Positions 54,977 through 64,000 of a DNA stretch of 64,000 bases are shown here, one piece after another. The stretch spans positions 38,619-102,618 of the forward strand of contig DATFXM010000030.1 in assembly GCA_035315885.1 (NCBI GenBank), written 5' to 3'. A program made the position numbers and the translations under genes. Under the pieces are notes generated by a model. The model ran no database searches. It saw nothing but the letters and a program-made list of their open reading frames with translations, and was not told the DNA's origin. The stretch's first letter is position 1. Each line of letters begins with the position of its first letter. The stretch is from Blastocatellia bacterium (GTDB taxonomy: Bacteria; Acidobacteriota; Blastocatellia; UBA7656).

Positions 54977-55999
54977 ATGAGCGGCAAAATGAAGGTGGCG
55001 CAGATAGGCAAGGCTGGTGGCGCCTTTGAATTGGTAGAACGCAATATCCCAGAGCCTAATCACGGTCAGGTGCGAGTGAAAGTAGAGGCGTGCGGCATTT
55101 GCCATAGTGATGCCGTCGTCAAAGAAGGTGTTTTTCCAGGGATTCAGTATCCACGTGTGCCAGGCCATGAGGTCGCCGGACGCATCGATGCGATCTCCGG
55201 CAATGTCACCTCGTGGAAGGAAGGACAACGAGTGGGTGTGGGCTGGCATGGTGGACACTGTTTCGTGTGCGAACTGTGCAGGCGCGGCGACTTTGCCATG
55301 TGCGTCAATCGTAAGGTCACCGGCATCGATTTCGATGGAGGTTACGGCGAGTACATGATTGCGCCCGCTGCGGCTCTCGCAGCAATTCCAGACGATTTGC
55401 CGGCAGAGGAGGCTGGGCCTTTCATGTGTGCGGGCGTTACGGTCTACAACGCGCTGCGCAATTCCGGCGCCCGGTCCGGAGACGTCGTTGCAGTGCACGG
55501 CATCGGCGGATTGGGACACCTCGGCGTTCAGTACGCCCGGCGCATGGGCTTTCAGACCGTAGCCATCAACCGCGGTAACGACAAAGAGGCGCTCGCTCAG
55601 GAACTCGGCGCACATCATTACATCGATTCAGAGGCAACCGATCCGGCGGCGGAGTTACAAAAGCTTGGCGGCGCCCGCGTGATTCTCGCTACCGCGCCTA
55701 GCGCGCAGGCGATTTCCGCGCTGGTCGATGGATTAGCGGTCGACGGAAAGCTCTTGGTCCCGGCGGCACCGGCAGAGCCACTAATGATCAGCGCGATGCC
55801 CTTAATTTTTGGGAGGCGATCGGTCGCAGGTTGGTACTCCGGAACAGCCCGGGATTCCCAAGACACAATGGAATTCAGCAAAGCGAGCGGCGTACACCCG
55901 ATGATCGAAAAGTATCCTCTCGATCGCGTGTCAGACGCCTACGAACAAATGAACAGCGGCAAAGCGCGGTTTCGAGCCGTCCTCACTATCGGTAAGTGA
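54977..55999 (+). CDS. Zinc-dependent alcohol dehydrogenase (MDR family)
   Basis: GHEVAGRI zinc-site motif, structural-zinc Cys cluster (CFVCELCRRGDFAMC), and GIGGLGH Rossmann motif. SD AAAGGAGAA lies upstream. Confidence 0.8.
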   Translation: MSGKMKVAQIGKAGGAFELVERNIPEPNHGQVRVKVEACGICHSDAVVKEGVFPGIQYPRVPGHEVAGRIDAISGNVTSWKEGQRVGVGWHGGHCFVCELCRRGDFAMCVNRKVTGIDFDGGYGEYMIAPAAALAAIPDDLPAEEAGPFMCAGVTVYNALRNSGARSGDVVAVHGIGGLGHLGVQYARRMGFQTVAINRGNDKEALAQELGAHHYIDSEATDPAAELQKLGGARVILATAPSAQAISALVDGLAVDGKLLVPAAPAEPLMISAMPLIFGRRSVAGWYSGTARDSQDTMEFSKASGVHPMIEKYPLDRVSDAYEQMNSGKARFRAVLTIGK

Positions 56000-56062
56000 T
56001 CCGAGTGTCACACGGTCTGCATACCGGGGAGGTGCTTAGAGTTTGAACAATTTCTGGTTGGA

Positions 56063-56098
56063 CCTCTGCGGTGAATAAGCGTCCGTTCACCGCAGAGG
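56063..56098. terminator. Bidirectional stem-loop terminator between the convergent ADH and TetR genes
   Basis: Perfect 13-bp stem CCTCTGCGGTGAA / TTCACCGCAGAGG with a 10-nt loop. Confidence 0.45.
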
Positions 56099-56107
56099 AG
56101 CGTCAGT

Positions 56108-56692
56108 CTAACCTTGTTCGTTACCTAGCGCCTCCTCGCTCAGTTTTCTTCCGGCCGACAGAAACTCATCGCTGAGCCCCGTGCCTGCTAACGCCCGCGA
56201 CAACGACAGCGCGCCGTACATCAACGCGATCAGGCCTAGCGCTTTTTCCCGATTCCGACCCCTGGCATCGATCACATCCGCAAACGCCTCGACAAAAACG
56301 GATAACTCCTGTTCGAGCGCGCTGCGATATGGTTCGCCTTGTCGAGCAATTTCCGGAACGGTGCTGGGCAGCAGGCAGCCGGCTTCTTTATTGTCGCGAT
56401 GCTTGCGAGACAGGTATTGCTTTATGACGCTCAACGCACGAGATCGGGGCGAATCACCTTTTGCTGCGCTCAGGAGGTGCTTCCAGTTAGAGGCTGATGC
56501 GTTCTTAAGCGTCTCAACAAACAGTTCGTCTTTTGAGCCGTAGTGACTGTAGAAACCACCGACGGTGAGACCCGCACCCTTCATCACGTCCATTACCGAG
56601 CTCGCCTTGATCCCTCTTTCGCGAAGCAATGCGGTTGCGGACGCCGATATGGCTTCACGAGACTTCTGCTTTTGTCTAGTCTTCCGATTCAT
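56108..56692 (-). CDS. TetR/AcrR-family transcriptional regulator
   Basis: TetR_N HTH (REAISASATALLRERGIKASSVMDVMKGAGLTVGGFYSHYGSKDELF). Downstream of an emrAB-like pair on the same strand. Confidence 0.8.
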   Translation of the reverse strand: MNRKTRQKQKSREAISASATALLRERGIKASSVMDVMKGAGLTVGGFYSHYGSKDELFVETLKNASASNWKHLLSAAKGDSPRSRALSVIKQYLSRKHRDNKEAGCLLPSTVPEIARQGEPYRSALEQELSVFVEAFADVIDARGRNREKALGLIALMYGALSLSRALAGTGLSDEFLSAGRKLSEEALGNEQG

Positions 56693-56738
56693 GTCAGTGC
56701 CTCACGTTGAGTAATCACAAACCTTAGCTGCATCGTCC

Positions 56739-58349
56739 TTAGTGTCCCGCACTCGCTGACTCATCGCGCCGGATATTCTTTATGAACAGCACCAGCGGAA
56801 CTGAGACCAGCGCCATCAGGCATAACAGCCAGAACACGTCGAGGAAGGAGAGAAGCGCTGACTGTTTCTGCACCGTTTCATATATTAACGCCTGCGCGCG
56901 CTGTAGCGCTTCGCCAGCGGGCAGACCGGCATCGATGAGCTTGCGCGTCAGGCTTTGAAGAGCCGCACCCGCCGACTTACTGTACGGCGAGATGTTCCCC
57001 CCAAGCACACTTTGATGAAACTGACTTCGGCGAGCGAGCATAGTCGCCACAAAAGCTACTCCGAAGCTCCCTCCGAGATTCCTGAACAGGTTGACCAGAC
57101 TCGACGCTCGATTGTTCTTCTCAGGTGGAAGATAAGAATAGGCGGTCAGGTTCAGCGGAATGAAAATAAACGCAAGTCCAAGCCCCAACACCATGCGGGG
57201 CACTACGAAGTTGTTGTAGTCCCCGCTCAGATTCAGTTGCGACATACTGAAAGAGGCCAGGGCGATCACTAAGAGTCCGAAGCCAATCATCCAGCGGAGC
57301 TGGACCTTTTTTGAGACGAGTACGACCAGTGGTACCAGCACTACAATTACCAGTGCTCCAGGAGAAAGAACTATGCCCGCATCAGTTGCGGTGTACCCAA
57401 ACAGACTCTGCAGCATCAGCGGCACAAGAAGCGTGCTGGCAAATAGAATAAAGAAGACGATGAAGTAAAGGACGCTCGCCAATGCGAAGTTCCGTTCCTT
57501 GAGTAAGGTCAAATCCACTACCGGATCCTTTCGTCTCAATTCCCAGAACACTCCCACAACAAGCGCGACGATTGAGGCCACGAGGAACGCGACGATGAAG
57601 TTCGACTCGAGCCAGTCCTCCCTTTGACCTTTGTCCAACACCACCTCGAGGCAGCCGAAGCCGACCGCGACGAGCAGGATACCCATGTAATCGATCCTCA
57701 GCTTGGCCTTATTCGCCAGCCGCGCTGCCCTGAATTGAGGCGGATCCGAAAGCAACGTGCTCGAGAGCAACAACGAGACCAGTCCTATTGGTATGTTTAT
57801 GAAGAACACCCAGCGCCACGAGTAGTTGTCTGTTATCCAGCCCCCGAGTGTAGGTCCGATAGCCGGCGCGGTGACGATGGCAATGGTATACACGGCGAAC
57901 GCCGAAGCACGCTTCTCCTGCGGAAACGTGTCGACCAGAATCGCCTGCTCGACCGGTGCGAGTCCGCCTCCACCCGTTCCTTGCAGCACTCGGAAGAAGA
58001 TCAGCCACCCGAGGCTGGGCGCGAGGCCACAAAGCAAAGAACTCACGGTGAACAGCGCCACCGAGAGCAGATAATAGTTCTTGCGACCCATCAGTTGAGA
58101 GAACCAGGCGCTCAAGGGGAGCACAACGGCATTCGCGACAAGATAGCTACTCAAGACCCACGTCGACTCGTCCTGTCCTGTGCTCAGGCCGCCGGCAATG
58201 TTCGGCAGTGAGACGTTGGCGATGGAGGTGTCGAGCAGCTCCATGAACGTCGCCAGCGTGACCGTCACCGCGATGACCCACGGGTTGACGGAAGTCCGCC
58301 TCGCCGCAAGCATCGACCCGGGTCTGAGTGTGTCCGCGGTCGCGCTCAT
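56739..58349 (-). CDS. MFS transporter, DHA2 (EmrB/QacA) family, 14 TM. Paralog of 12158..13810.
   Basis: 536 aa, 14 TM, with typical DHA2 motifs (LDTSIANVSLPNIAGGL). Confidence 0.8.
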   Translation of the reverse strand: MSATADTLRPGSMLAARRTSVNPWVIAVTVTLATFMELLDTSIANVSLPNIAGGLSTGQDESTWVLSSYLVANAVVLPLSAWFSQLMGRKNYYLLSVALFTVSSLLCGLAPSLGWLIFFRVLQGTGGGGLAPVEQAILVDTFPQEKRASAFAVYTIAIVTAPAIGPTLGGWITDNYSWRWVFFINIPIGLVSLLLSSTLLSDPPQFRAARLANKAKLRIDYMGILLVAVGFGCLEVVLDKGQREDWLESNFIVAFLVASIVALVVGVFWELRRKDPVVDLTLLKERNFALASVLYFIVFFILFASTLLVPLMLQSLFGYTATDAGIVLSPGALVIVVLVPLVVLVSKKVQLRWMIGFGLLVIALASFSMSQLNLSGDYNNFVVPRMVLGLGLAFIFIPLNLTAYSYLPPEKNNRASSLVNLFRNLGGSFGVAFVATMLARRSQFHQSVLGGNISPYSKSAGAALQSLTRKLIDAGLPAGEALQRAQALIYETVQKQSALLSFLDVFWLLCLMALVSVPLVLFIKNIRRDESASAGH

Positions 58350-59845
58350 CGAACTTTGACCTCCGGCTCCACCGACATGCCGGGCGCGAGCAGGTGCTCG
58401 GAGTCGAAGTGCTCGTCGAAAACGATCTTTACTGGCACGCGTTGCACAACCTTAACGTAGTTGCCGGTTGCGTTCTCAGCCGGCAACAGAGAGAAGCGCG
58501 AGCCGGTGCCACTTTGAAGACTGTCAACCTGCCCACGGAAAGTTTTGTCGGGGAAAGCGTCCACCGTTATCTCGACTTGCTGGCCGGGCCGCATCCGCTT
58601 GAGCTGGGTCTCCTTGAAATTGGCGATCACCCACATCTCCGACGGGACGAGGACCAACAACGCCTGGCCAGGCTGCAAGAACGCTCCCAACTCGACTGAC
58701 TTCCTGGTTATTCGTCCATCTTCCGGCGCATAGATTTTTGTATAGGAGAGTTCAAGCTCCGCCTGTCGCAGCGCGGCTTCGGCCTGCTCGATCTCGGCGC
58801 CGGCCGTCTCAACTTCGGACTGCTTGACGGCGACTTGCTGCGGGGCCGAATTGGCTTCGCTCAATTTGCCGGTCGCCTGACCGACCTGAGCTTCGGTCCC
58901 CGAAATGGTTGAGAGGGCTTGCCGGTATTGATCTTCTGCCGCTCGTTGCGCGGCCCGTGCCTCATCGACCTGAGTCTGTGCGGCGGCGGCCTTCTTTCGC
59001 GCCGCCTCTAACTGCGCTTCTGCACTCGTCGCGGCTGCCGCAGCCCAATCAAGTTGCTGGCGCGAGACTACATCCTTTTCGAATAAGGTCTTATAACGAA
59101 CGGCGTCGGTCCGGGTGCGTACGGCTTCAGCCTCGGCTGCATCGACCTGAGATCGAGCCTGAGCAGCGCCGGCTTCAGCGGTACCCACCCCAGCCGACAA
59201 TTGGTTGATGCGGCTCTGGGCGACCGCCGAGGCCGCGCGCGCCTGGTCCACACTGCTACGCGCCGCATCGACTCCGGCAGTCGCTTGCTCAACTCCCGCA
59301 CCCGTCGTTACGCGAGTCAGCGTCACACCCGCTCGGGCAGCCAGGTTTCGCGCCGTTGCCGCGCGTAGTTGTGCTCGAGCCTGGGCGAGTCTCGCCTCGT
59401 AATCACGAGGATCGATTTCAACGAGCAGATCGCCAGCCTTAACTCTCTGGTTGTCGTCGATGTAGACCTTCTGAACATAGCCTGAGACTTTTGGGCTGAT
59501 CTGAGTTGCGTGTCCTTCGATGAACGCGTCATCGGTAGACTCGTATTGTCGTGCGTGAAGCCAGTAGCGCGCTCCAATCACCGCTCCTGCCAGCAAGAGC
59601 GCCACAAGAGAGAAAATGATAATTTTCGATTTGACTCTCGTTTGACTGGAAGAGCCCTGATCCTCCTTCTCCTCATGTTCCTTCGCTGAGTGAAGGTCCC
59701 TGGTCGAGACAAGCGCGGTTTCCTGTTCAACTACAGCCTGCACTTGGCTTGTGCCCGCGCCATTTCCATTTCTCTGTGCGAGGCCCGTAACTGGCGTCGC
59801 AAGTTCGTGGTCTTGAATGCTTATGTCGGTTCCTTTCCTGCTCAT
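58346..59845 (-). CDS. HlyD/EmrA-family membrane fusion protein. Paralog of 13807..15225.
   Basis: TM (IIIFSLVALLLAGAVIGA), long Ala-rich coiled coil, and a C-terminal barrel domain. A 4-nt overlap with the MFS gene indicates an operon. Confidence 0.8.
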   Translation of the reverse strand: MSRKGTDISIQDHELATPVTGLAQRNGNGAGTSQVQAVVEQETALVSTRDLHSAKEHEEKEDQGSSSQTRVKSKIIIFSLVALLLAGAVIGARYWLHARQYESTDDAFIEGHATQISPKVSGYVQKVYIDDNQRVKAGDLLVEIDPRDYEARLAQARAQLRAATARNLAARAGVTLTRVTTGAGVEQATAGVDAARSSVDQARAASAVAQSRINQLSAGVGTAEAGAAQARSQVDAAEAEAVRTRTDAVRYKTLFEKDVVSRQQLDWAAAAATSAEAQLEAARKKAAAAQTQVDEARAAQRAAEDQYRQALSTISGTEAQVGQATGKLSEANSAPQQVAVKQSEVETAGAEIEQAEAALRQAELELSYTKIYAPEDGRITRKSVELGAFLQPGQALLVLVPSEMWVIANFKETQLKRMRPGQQVEITVDAFPDKTFRGQVDSLQSGTGSRFSLLPAENATGNYVKVVQRVPVKIVFDEHFDSEHLLAPGMSVEPEVKVR

Positions 59846-59910
59846 GTCTTTCTCCGTACAAAGCCCGTCTGATGCTTCTCAAATCAAACCCCGCGGGCGC
59901 GCCTTCACGG

Positions 59911-60249
59911 TCATTCCGGAACGTGCTTATCGAGGATTTTCGATATGGACTCTTGTGCGCTCAGCGGGAGACCAATGATGCGCTCGACTTCCGCGCCGTC
60001 GCGGAAAAGGATCAGCGTCGGAATGCCCCTCACGCCGTAGTTGGAAGGGCTTGAGTTGTTCTCATCTACGTTTAGTTTGACCACTTTGGCTTTGCCCTGA
60101 TACTTCTGGGCAATTGCTTCGACGGCCGGCGCAATCGCTCGACAAGGCGCGCACCAGGCTGCCCAAAAATCCACCAGCACCGGCTGGGATGACTTCAACA
60201 CCTCAAGCTCGAACTCCTCATCCTTAACTTCCCTTACCAGTTGGCTCAT
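59911..60249 (-). CDS. trxA: Thioredoxin
   Basis: WCAPC active site within a thioredoxin fold (VLVDFWAAWCAPCRAIAP...GIPTLILF). Confidence 0.8.
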   Translation of the reverse strand: MSQLVREVKDEEFELEVLKSSQPVLVDFWAAWCAPCRAIAPAVEAIAQKYQGKAKVVKLNVDENNSSPSNYGVRGIPTLILFRDGAEVERIIGLPLSAQESISKILDKHVPE

Positions 60250-60321
60250 CGATCCCTCCTTTTCATATTACGCTCGTAATATGATGATCATACGATAACC
60301 TGTCAAGATCAGTTCCGTGTG

Positions 60322-60491
60322 GCGGTTTGGGGTTTAGGGTTTAGGGTTCGTCAGATAGAGACTCGAATGGCAGGATCGGGTTTCGGGTTTAGGGTTTCGG
60401 GTCTCGGGTTCGTCAGATTAAGACTCGAATGGCGGGTAGTGCTCGACGAAAGATTACTGAATCAAAACGAACCCGAAACCCGAAACCGAGC
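60322..60491. repeat. G-rich heptamer repeat element, copy 2: two tandem units of GGGTTTAGGG/GGGTTTCGGG arrays plus core GGGTTCGTCAGATNNAGACTCGAATGGC, with an inverted C-rich arm
   Basis: Unit A is 60330-60375 and unit B is 60378-60437. The right arm AACGAACCCGAAACCCGAAACCGAGC (60467-60491) is the reverse complement of the GGGTTTCGGG motif. Confidence 0.5.
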
Positions 60492-60516
60492 AAGGGCGAC
60501 CACGAGAGTCGCCCTT
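60492..60516 (-). terminator. Stem-loop immediately 3' of the 60529..63477 gene (AAGGGCGAC-N7-GTCGCCCTT)
   Basis: Perfect 9-bp GC-rich stem. On the minus strand it is followed by a T-containing tract (CTCGGTTTCGGGTTTCGGGTTCGTTTTG). Confidence 0.4.
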
Positions 60517-60528
60517 GTTGAATCTACG

Positions 60529-63477
60529 TCATTGAAGCGACTTCAGGTACATGATCAATGCGTTCAGATCTTCCTCAGTCAACTGCGAAGTCTTGCCGTG
60601 CGAATCTTTGATTACCAGGACGTTGTTTGCCGCAAGCGCCGGATTCAGTTGCCTGTTGACCACCAGGGCCGCAAGGTTGCTCGTTCCCAACTGATCGATC
60701 AACGGCTTCCCGCCCGGACCCGGCGACGTAGGACTGTCAAGGCTCACGAGCACTTGTCCCCTCCCGTCTCCCGCAAGGTGCCCATCACTGTCGGCCACCG
60801 TGATTGGAACCTGAGTCGGCAAGACGATCCTCGGGCCGCCAAGAAAACTATTCGCGGTAGCTCGACTATTGTCCGAACGAACCGTCCTAAAGTTGAACCC
60901 TCGTTCCCCCGGCTTGAGCAAAGGCGAGTCCGGCGTGAGCAGAATCTCGCGGACCGTATGGGCAAATCCATAATGCAGCCATCGCGGCACGCTATCCCAG
61001 AATGCACGCAAGTGTTTTGTATTCCGGCTGCTGAAGTTTTGTGGTGTCCCGACGTCCTGGGGCGGCAGAAAACGTGTGAAGAAGTAGTCGTTGTTCGGAC
61101 GGAAGAACGGACCGTTTCCGTCAACCGTTGACTCGCTGATCACCCCTGGCTCGTGAATGTTGTAGTCCTGAAATGTATTGTCCACTGAGCCGTTGATGAT
61201 CTTGTTTCCGTTATGGTGGCAATCGGCACAGCCCGCGCCTCCCTGTGACACTTTGGCCGAGAAAATTTGTTTGCCCCGCGCGATCGCAGCCGCTTCAGTC
61301 GAATCGGGAAACTGAGCGAGCGGGTTCGGAAGGCGTCGCACTTCATTTTGCGACCACAGTATTTGCAGGAAGGCCATATCATAATAGCCCACCTTGAATG
61401 CATTGCCTGATAGCTCCGGCCGGCCGATGGCCCGCGAGTCTTCTTCGGTTTTTCTCAACACGAAGTCTTCGCGAGCGTGAAAGCGGTCAGCCTGATTTGC
61501 CTGAGGAAACAGCGGAGTCGGCGTGCGCTCGCCCAGAAGCACTTCTCCGTTGCAAGCCGAAGCGTATGCCATGAAATCATTGTTAAGCCCCTCGTACCAC
61601 TCAGGCCAATTGTCCGAGATATCCTTGTTCTGCGGACAAACCTTTACACCTCCTACTGCGTTGGCAGCTACGTTCCATTGGCATCCGTCGTGCTGGCCGT
61701 CCCAGTGACAAAAGCCGCACGATTTTTGACCGTCATCTGAATACGACGATGAGAAGAACCATCGCAGTCCCACTTCTTCATCGGTCGCAAACAGATTCTG
61801 TCCATGTCCGCCGGTTGTCGGATCCGGCGTATCGTTGGTCACGCCCACTGCCACAAACCCTGCTCGAACCAGCCCGCCTCCAGGATCCACCTGAAGGAAA
61901 GACACATCCTCCGTTTGGAAATTCGCAACGTAAATCATATCGCCGCCAGGTGAGACTTCTATCCCGCGAGGAGTTATGCCGCCGGTCAGCTCTACGCCAA
62001 GAGGCGAAAGAATCTGAGACGGGTCCGCGGGGTGCTGGTTGATGCGGAAGGCCTGGACCCTTTCGTTGTGGACAAAGGTCACAAAGAGCAAATCACCTCT
62101 TACCACCATCTGCTCCGGCCCGCTGCCTTTGATTATCTTCTGCGCGTCGTCGTGATCATGCAGATCGAAGAACTGACCGGGCACCACTGATTGCGAGATG
62201 TCGCGTCCTTCGTCGACGTAGCGATATACGAACAGGTTTGTAGCGGTGTCGAAGACATTCAGCTCACTTCCGAGATCGTCAAAGGTGGTTGCTTTCGTAG
62301 CGTCGGTCATCACCGGCGTGTAACCAAGCGGGCTGCCGTCGTTTCTGATTGGGACGCCGTTGGCGTCTTTGGTTGGGAGTCCGTGCCCGCTCTCCGGCTC
62401 ATTCAAACCCGAGTTCGTTTCTTGTCCGCTCGTGATTCCCCAATGACCCGCCACTTTCACGTCCGTTGCTAGACCCCCGAGCGGCAGAACCTTTGACAGC
62501 TTGTTGGCGTCATTCGCAACATCGATCGCCGCAATCGTGTGTCCGAGCGTGTTGGCAACGTAGAGGGTCCGGCCGTCCGCGCTCAAATCGAGGTCGCGGG
62601 GGTTAGCTCGCTCGAGATCCGTCGTGCCCGTTGGTATCTCGGCGATCTGCGTAAAGAATGGTCCCGGATCGACTCGGAAAGCGCGAACCTGATCCTTGAA
62701 CCGATCCGTCACATAGAGGCGAGTGCCGTCGCGATTGAAAATAAGTTTCTCGCCGTAGAATCCAGTTTCGAATTCTCCAATGATTGCGTCGGTACTCGAA
62801 TCGATGACGCTTGCGAAGTTGCCGTACATGTTTAGTACGACTACATAAGCGTGAGGAAAGATGCTCGTGTTTACCGGGGAAACCTTGACTCCCATGGGCC
62901 GAGTACCCAGGACTTGCCCATCAGGACGCAAGTCTATCCACCTGATCACCCGTTGTGCTCGTGCGTCCACGACTGCGACGCGCCAATCCGGGTAACCTTC
63001 GCGGCCGGGCAGTGTGACGAAGAGTTTCGATCCATCGGGAGTCAACGCCAGCGCCCTGGGTTCGCTGCGAAACGGTTGCTTGCGGTTGGGCCAAAAGGAG
63101 CCGCCGCTGTTTACGATTGGGTTGTTCGGATCAACGCGCGTTCCGGGATCCGGACGACCGTCGAGGTAGCTTGCTCCGAACATGATCTTAGTGAAACGCT
63201 GAAGGCCGCCGCGCTCACCCGCCGCTTCTTGTCCAACGATTTGCTTAACCGGATCGCTGTTTGGACCAGTGATTATGCGGCCTCGAGAATCGGTCTTCAC
63301 ACCGGTTGTAAAGAAGCGGAGGTTGAATGCCGCTTCAGGCAAGGGCGTGAGAATCTTGCGCTCAAACGGAGCTGAGAGGGTACCGCTTGCGGGACTGGCG
63401 CTCGTGTGAAGAACCGCGACACTTAGCATGATCGACAGCGCGATCCCGGCAACTGCATACTTAACTTTGCTGACCAT
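60529..63477 (-). CDS. Secreted YVTN-type beta-propeller protein fused to a C-terminal dihaem cytochrome c peroxidase (CCP/MauG-like) domain
   Basis: Start at ATG 63477 with GAGGTG upstream. Signal peptide (MVSKVKYAVAGIALSIMLSVAVLHTSA). Repeated LYVT/IYVAN propeller motifs. Two CxxCH motifs (CGFCHW, CADCHH) in a CCP-like context (GKQIF...GCADCHHNG). Confidence 0.65.
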   Translation of the reverse strand: MVSKVKYAVAGIALSIMLSVAVLHTSASPASGTLSAPFERKILTPLPEAAFNLRFFTTGVKTDSRGRIITGPNSDPVKQIVGQEAAGERGGLQRFTKIMFGASYLDGRPDPGTRVDPNNPIVNSGGSFWPNRKQPFRSEPRALALTPDGSKLFVTLPGREGYPDWRVAVVDARAQRVIRWIDLRPDGQVLGTRPMGVKVSPVNTSIFPHAYVVVLNMYGNFASVIDSSTDAIIGEFETGFYGEKLIFNRDGTRLYVTDRFKDQVRAFRVDPGPFFTQIAEIPTGTTDLERANPRDLDLSADGRTLYVANTLGHTIAAIDVANDANKLSKVLPLGGLATDVKVAGHWGITSGQETNSGLNEPESGHGLPTKDANGVPIRNDGSPLGYTPVMTDATKATTFDDLGSELNVFDTATNLFVYRYVDEGRDISQSVVPGQFFDLHDHDDAQKIIKGSGPEQMVVRGDLLFVTFVHNERVQAFRINQHPADPSQILSPLGVELTGGITPRGIEVSPGGDMIYVANFQTEDVSFLQVDPGGGLVRAGFVAVGVTNDTPDPTTGGHGQNLFATDEEVGLRWFFSSSYSDDGQKSCGFCHWDGQHDGCQWNVAANAVGGVKVCPQNKDISDNWPEWYEGLNNDFMAYASACNGEVLLGERTPTPLFPQANQADRFHAREDFVLRKTEEDSRAIGRPELSGNAFKVGYYDMAFLQILWSQNEVRRLPNPLAQFPDSTEAAAIARGKQIFSAKVSQGGAGCADCHHNGNKIINGSVDNTFQDYNIHEPGVISESTVDGNGPFFRPNNDYFFTRFLPPQDVGTPQNFSSRNTKHLRAFWDSVPRWLHYGFAHTVREILLTPDSPLLKPGERGFNFRTVRSDNSRATANSFLGGPRIVLPTQVPITVADSDGHLAGDGRGQVLVSLDSPTSPGPGGKPLIDQLGTSNLAALVVNRQLNPALAANNVLVIKDSHGKTSQLTEEDLNALIMYLKSLQ

Positions 63478-63910
63478 AGTTTTCACCTCGCTCGTGGAAT
63501 TGATCGATTTCACTCGGTCGGGACTAGAGAAGCCTCGCATCGACGCCGGGTAAGGACGCTTGAGACACAGCTCACGCAGAACACCAACGGTGAATTGATA
63601 CGAGCTTAGTGAGGAATATTTTGATTACTGAGTTTTACTTTACAGAAAGACTTAGTTTCGAAATCACCTTACCCATGTTCGAAATGTACGTAATATGGGC
63701 AGGCTGGGCCGCCTCAGGAATCCCCAATGATTGAGAGGGACTGAAGATGAAAAAAATACAAGCGCTCGCAACCGCGTCACCCGAGTAACGTCAACGAGCG
63801 TCCTGGACAGTCTGTTGGGGCGAGCGACACCTGGGAGGCATCGGTAGCGAAACTGGCTCATGCAATCAGGAACGTCTATGAATACACGCTGCGGCGGCGG
63901 GTTCTACCGG

Positions 63911-64000
63911 TCAGGCGCTGATTACTTCGCAGAATTTGTTCAGGTCGATATTGCCACCGGAGACTATTGCGACGATTGGCCCCTGTCCAATTTTGCCGGT
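63911..64000 (-). CDS. 3' end (last 29 codons) of a PLP-dependent enzyme, probably threonine/serine dehydratase-like. The gene continues beyond the window end.
   Basis: Reverse translation from the window end gives ...TGKIGQGPIVAIVSGGNIDLNKFCEVISA*. The SGGNID motif is characteristic of the PALP-fold C-terminus. Confidence 0.35.
   Translation of the reverse strand, partial: TGKIGQGPIVAIVSGGNIDLNKFCEVISA

Noticed and set aside
1-64000. tRNA, rRNA, transposase or integrase genes
   Set aside because: No intergenic segment has cloverleaf-compatible structure or rRNA-like conservation, and no ORF shows DDE, tyrosine-recombinase or HTH_Tnp motifs. This was checked by eye only and cannot fully substitute for tRNAscan/Infernal.

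Overview
The window is high-GC bacterial DNA whose gene content points to Acidobacteriota (inference). I base this on CarboxypepD_reg-type TonB-dependent receptors, VWA-domain secreted proteins, beta-propeller sensor kinases with LuxR-type regulators, an ECF sigma/YciI-like gene pair, and bc-caa3 respiratory genes carrying fused cytochrome c domains.

Layout:
- 1-9651 (minus strand): a respiratory operon. It encodes a CtaG-like assembly factor (partial), heme O synthase, a cytochrome b/c fusion, a Rieske protein, a dihaem cytochrome c, two unknown membrane proteins, and caa3 oxidase subunits III, I and II.
- 10040-12091: a type II NADH dehydrogenase fused to cNMP-binding and CBS domains.
- 12158-16565: a TolC-EmrA-EmrB efflux operon.
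- 16569-27887 (minus strand): the most unusual region.
  - Two sensor-less sigma-54 activators (PspF-like) bracket a ClpB-D2-like stand-alone AAA+ ATPase, TonB, a VWA protein, two paralogous lipoproteins, and a zinc-ribbon-TM-periplasmic-TPR protein with a truncated tandem copy.
  - Three copies of a ~100-bp conserved promoter cassette, each a dyad upstream site plus a sigma-54-like -24/-12 element, precede the three transcription units.
  - I propose this is an undescribed sigma-54-controlled envelope module.
- 28092-31800: a DoxX protein and a TonB-dependent receptor.
- 32174-39030 and 45584-52084: two loci of beta-propeller sensor histidine kinases with LuxR regulators. The second locus pairs a GH16-like lipoprotein with a short kinase that shares a novel ~105-aa N-terminal domain.
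- 39040-45220: TetR, TPR, ECF sigma + YciI-like, HxlR, and an Fe-S/SCP2 protein.
- 52995-64000: zf-UBP, Dps, SDR, Zn-ADH, TetR-EmrB-EmrA, thioredoxin, and a beta-propeller/dihaem peroxidase protein.

Two copies of a G-rich telomere-like heptamer repeat (GGGTTTA/GGGTTTC) lie in intergenic DNA. I found no rRNA, tRNA, CRISPR array, transposase or integrase gene.
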